A stretch of 63,327 nt of DNA, counting the filler, from Octopus bimaculoides (Eukaryota), in assembly GCF_001194135.2 (NCBI RefSeq). It is 3 parts of 3 records of this genome, joined end to end, with 100 filler letters (N's around TTAATTAATTAA, not from the genome) between each part and the next. Parts side by side here need not be neighbours in the genome. Positions count along the whole stretch, not along the records: positions 52,680 to 63,327 come from NC_068983.1; 2 more parts are not named here. One strand, written 5' to 3'. The position numbers were made by a program, and so were the translations under genes. Below the pieces are notes generated by a model, which saw nothing but the letters and a program-made list of their open reading frames with translations, was not told where the DNA came from and ran no database searches. This document shows positions 61,580 to 63,327 of this stretch, one piece after another; position 1 is the first letter of the stretch, and every line of letters begins with the position of its first letter.

Positions 61580-62335
61580 CTGGACATATTGTCAGTGATA
61601 TTCCTTGGGATGAATGGGTGTTTTCAATCTTTCAACAATTAAACACCTTCAGCCAGGTGACTCAGCTAGGGTTGATTAAGCCCCAACTTGTATCCTGTTA
61701 GCAATATACTTTTCAGGGTTCACAACCCTTCTGATCTACACAGCCATTATGAAGCAACCTCTGCCGCTTCCATAGTCAACTTGATAGCCTTTCGCCAACT
61801 GGCCCCTGTGATGCTTAGCACTTTGTAGGCTCTACAGAAGAACCGGCCAGCAAACACTCTAAATCCCACCTCCATGGGATCACACTGTGTTTACCATCCA
61901 TTGTTTCAGCATAACTCCACCAGCTCAATATATTTCATTCTCTTTCGTTCATCACACCCTCAATATGGTCCTCTCAGGGAATGAGAAGTGTTAACCGAGC
62001 CACCAGTGATGTTGAAGCCAACAGTTTCTGGAAAGTTTGGTTGCTTCCTTAATCTGACTTTCAGTTATCTAGTCTTGTGACATTGCTATTAGCAGCTGGC
62101 ATCATCCCCACATTAGCCTTTGTAAATGAAATAGTCTGTTCTGTTAGGTAGAGGCACCTACAAAGACAAATTCCACTGCAGCTGGTGTCTGTTATGTCCC
62201 TCAGGATCTGGTCAGGCCTCCAGCAGCAGCCTTGCAGTGAAAGTTTTTGGACAGCTACTGAAGATGTACTCTAGAGGCCCTCTCCTCAGATGCAGGGGGA
62301 AAACTGGTGGCTCCACTCTTGCCCAGCAGAACAAG
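61580..62335 (-). mobile_element. HERO-clade (RLE-bearing) non-LTR retrotransposon 3' end
   Basis: Zinc-knuckle-like LFCWARVEPPVFPLHLRRGPLEYIFSSCPK, then ERKRMKYIELVELC*NNGW*TQCDPMEVGFRVFAGRFFCRAYKVLSITGASWRKAIKLTMEAAEVAS*WL, matching the HERO RLE consensus; 3' UTR follows. Confidence 0.85.
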
Positions 62336-63094
62336 TGTGTGTGTGTGTGTTTGTATGCACATACACACACAGACACATACATATTCATACACATATGTAG
62401 TCACACAAATATGTAGAATCTATAGAATAATATGCATCTCAAAGAGTGGTGTTTCTCTTCAGGGCCAGAAAATATTTCAGCCCCAACAATTGCTGACATT
62501 CTACAAAACTTATGGCACTCGCAATGAAGCATTGTTCTCACATCTGGGAGTCATGCACACAGACATCTTAGATGACATCAACAGAAAAGCATTTAGCTGA
62601 TTGGTATTAAATCACTCACAGATAAGCTCCAGCGTCTTCCTCCTCTCTCCACCTCTCATCCCCCTTGCAATGTCCAATCCCTCCATGTTCCACACTAACC
62701 CCTACGTCCTTCTCCCATAGAATATTGGTCCTCTAAAATATCACTGCTCATGTCTTTCCTGCAAGTGTTGACTTTCAACAGTTTAAACAGAGCATTAACA
62801 GCATCAGATTCAACTGGTCTCAGAGAGCTTACAAACGTCATGAATGCTCTCCCTTCCTCCAGGCTCATCAAGTATAAAATAAACATTAGATAAATATATA
62901 AATACTTACAGAAACACACAAATTAACAGCTACTATGATTAATATCTCAAGAGATACAAAATATGAAATAAATACAGAAGTAAAAAACACTAAAAAGTAA
63001 AAAATGAAAAAATAAAGGTGCTAAGTTACTTCACTTATTCTCAAAACCTACAATATATAATATAATATTAAGAATAAAGATTGTAGTAATCTTA

Positions 63095-63327
63095 ATCATC
63101 ATCATCATCATCATCGTTTAACGTCCGCTTTCCATGCTAGCATGGGTTGGACGATTTGACTGAGGACTGGTGAAACCGGATGGCAACACCAGGCTCCAGT
63201 CTGATTTGGCAGAGTTTCTACAGCTGGATGCCCTTCCTAACGCCAACCACTCAGAGAGTGTAGTGGGTGCTTTTACGTGTCACCCGCACGAAAACGGCCA
63301 CGCTCGAAATGGTGTCTTTTATGTGCC
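63095..63327 (-). mobile_element. Family D retroposon, young copy truncated by window end
   Basis: Reverse complement of 53470-53783 with (ATC)n tail; CpGs intact. Confidence 0.92.

Noticed and set aside
62620-62870. Possible RTE endonuclease remnant (HGGIGHCKG-like on minus strand) and a possible LINE 3' fragment at 58480-58740
   Set aside because: Similarity is too weak and frameshifted to call without a profile search

Overview
AT-rich, gap-ridden eukaryotic (metazoan) genomic DNA with no intact protein-coding gene, rRNA, tRNA gene or CRISPR array that I can support. It is a mosaic of microsatellites and dispersed repeats. There are at least five SINE-like families (here A-F; more than 30 copies or fragments), decayed Tc1/mariner elements (a near-full-length DD36E copy, internally deleted DD41D-like and maT-like copies, mariner fragments) and a hAT-type MITE. 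It also carries non-LTR remnants (Tx1/L1, RTE, HERO, Penelope-like) and several minisatellites. The repeat repertoire and microsatellite load resemble a coleoid cephalopod (Octopus-like) draft assembly; this is inference from memory, not a database result. Most long ORFs in the track are artefacts of N gaps or dinucleotide repeats. Most notable observations: (1) a Tx1-like ORF2 whose C-terminus is fused in frame upstream of its own N-terminal endonuclease; (2) a TIR-bounded element built around degenerate telomeric repeat; (3) a strictly 32-bp-phased array with a conserved core; (4) a CpG-depletion transition near 54-55 kb with a candidate spliced exon, suggesting the start of a methylated gene body; (5) a degenerate minimal hammerhead-like motif; (6) modular SINE shuffling and a locally templated insertion. 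I found no convincing new multi-gene system. Repeat boundaries are approximate unless TIRs or TSDs are given.
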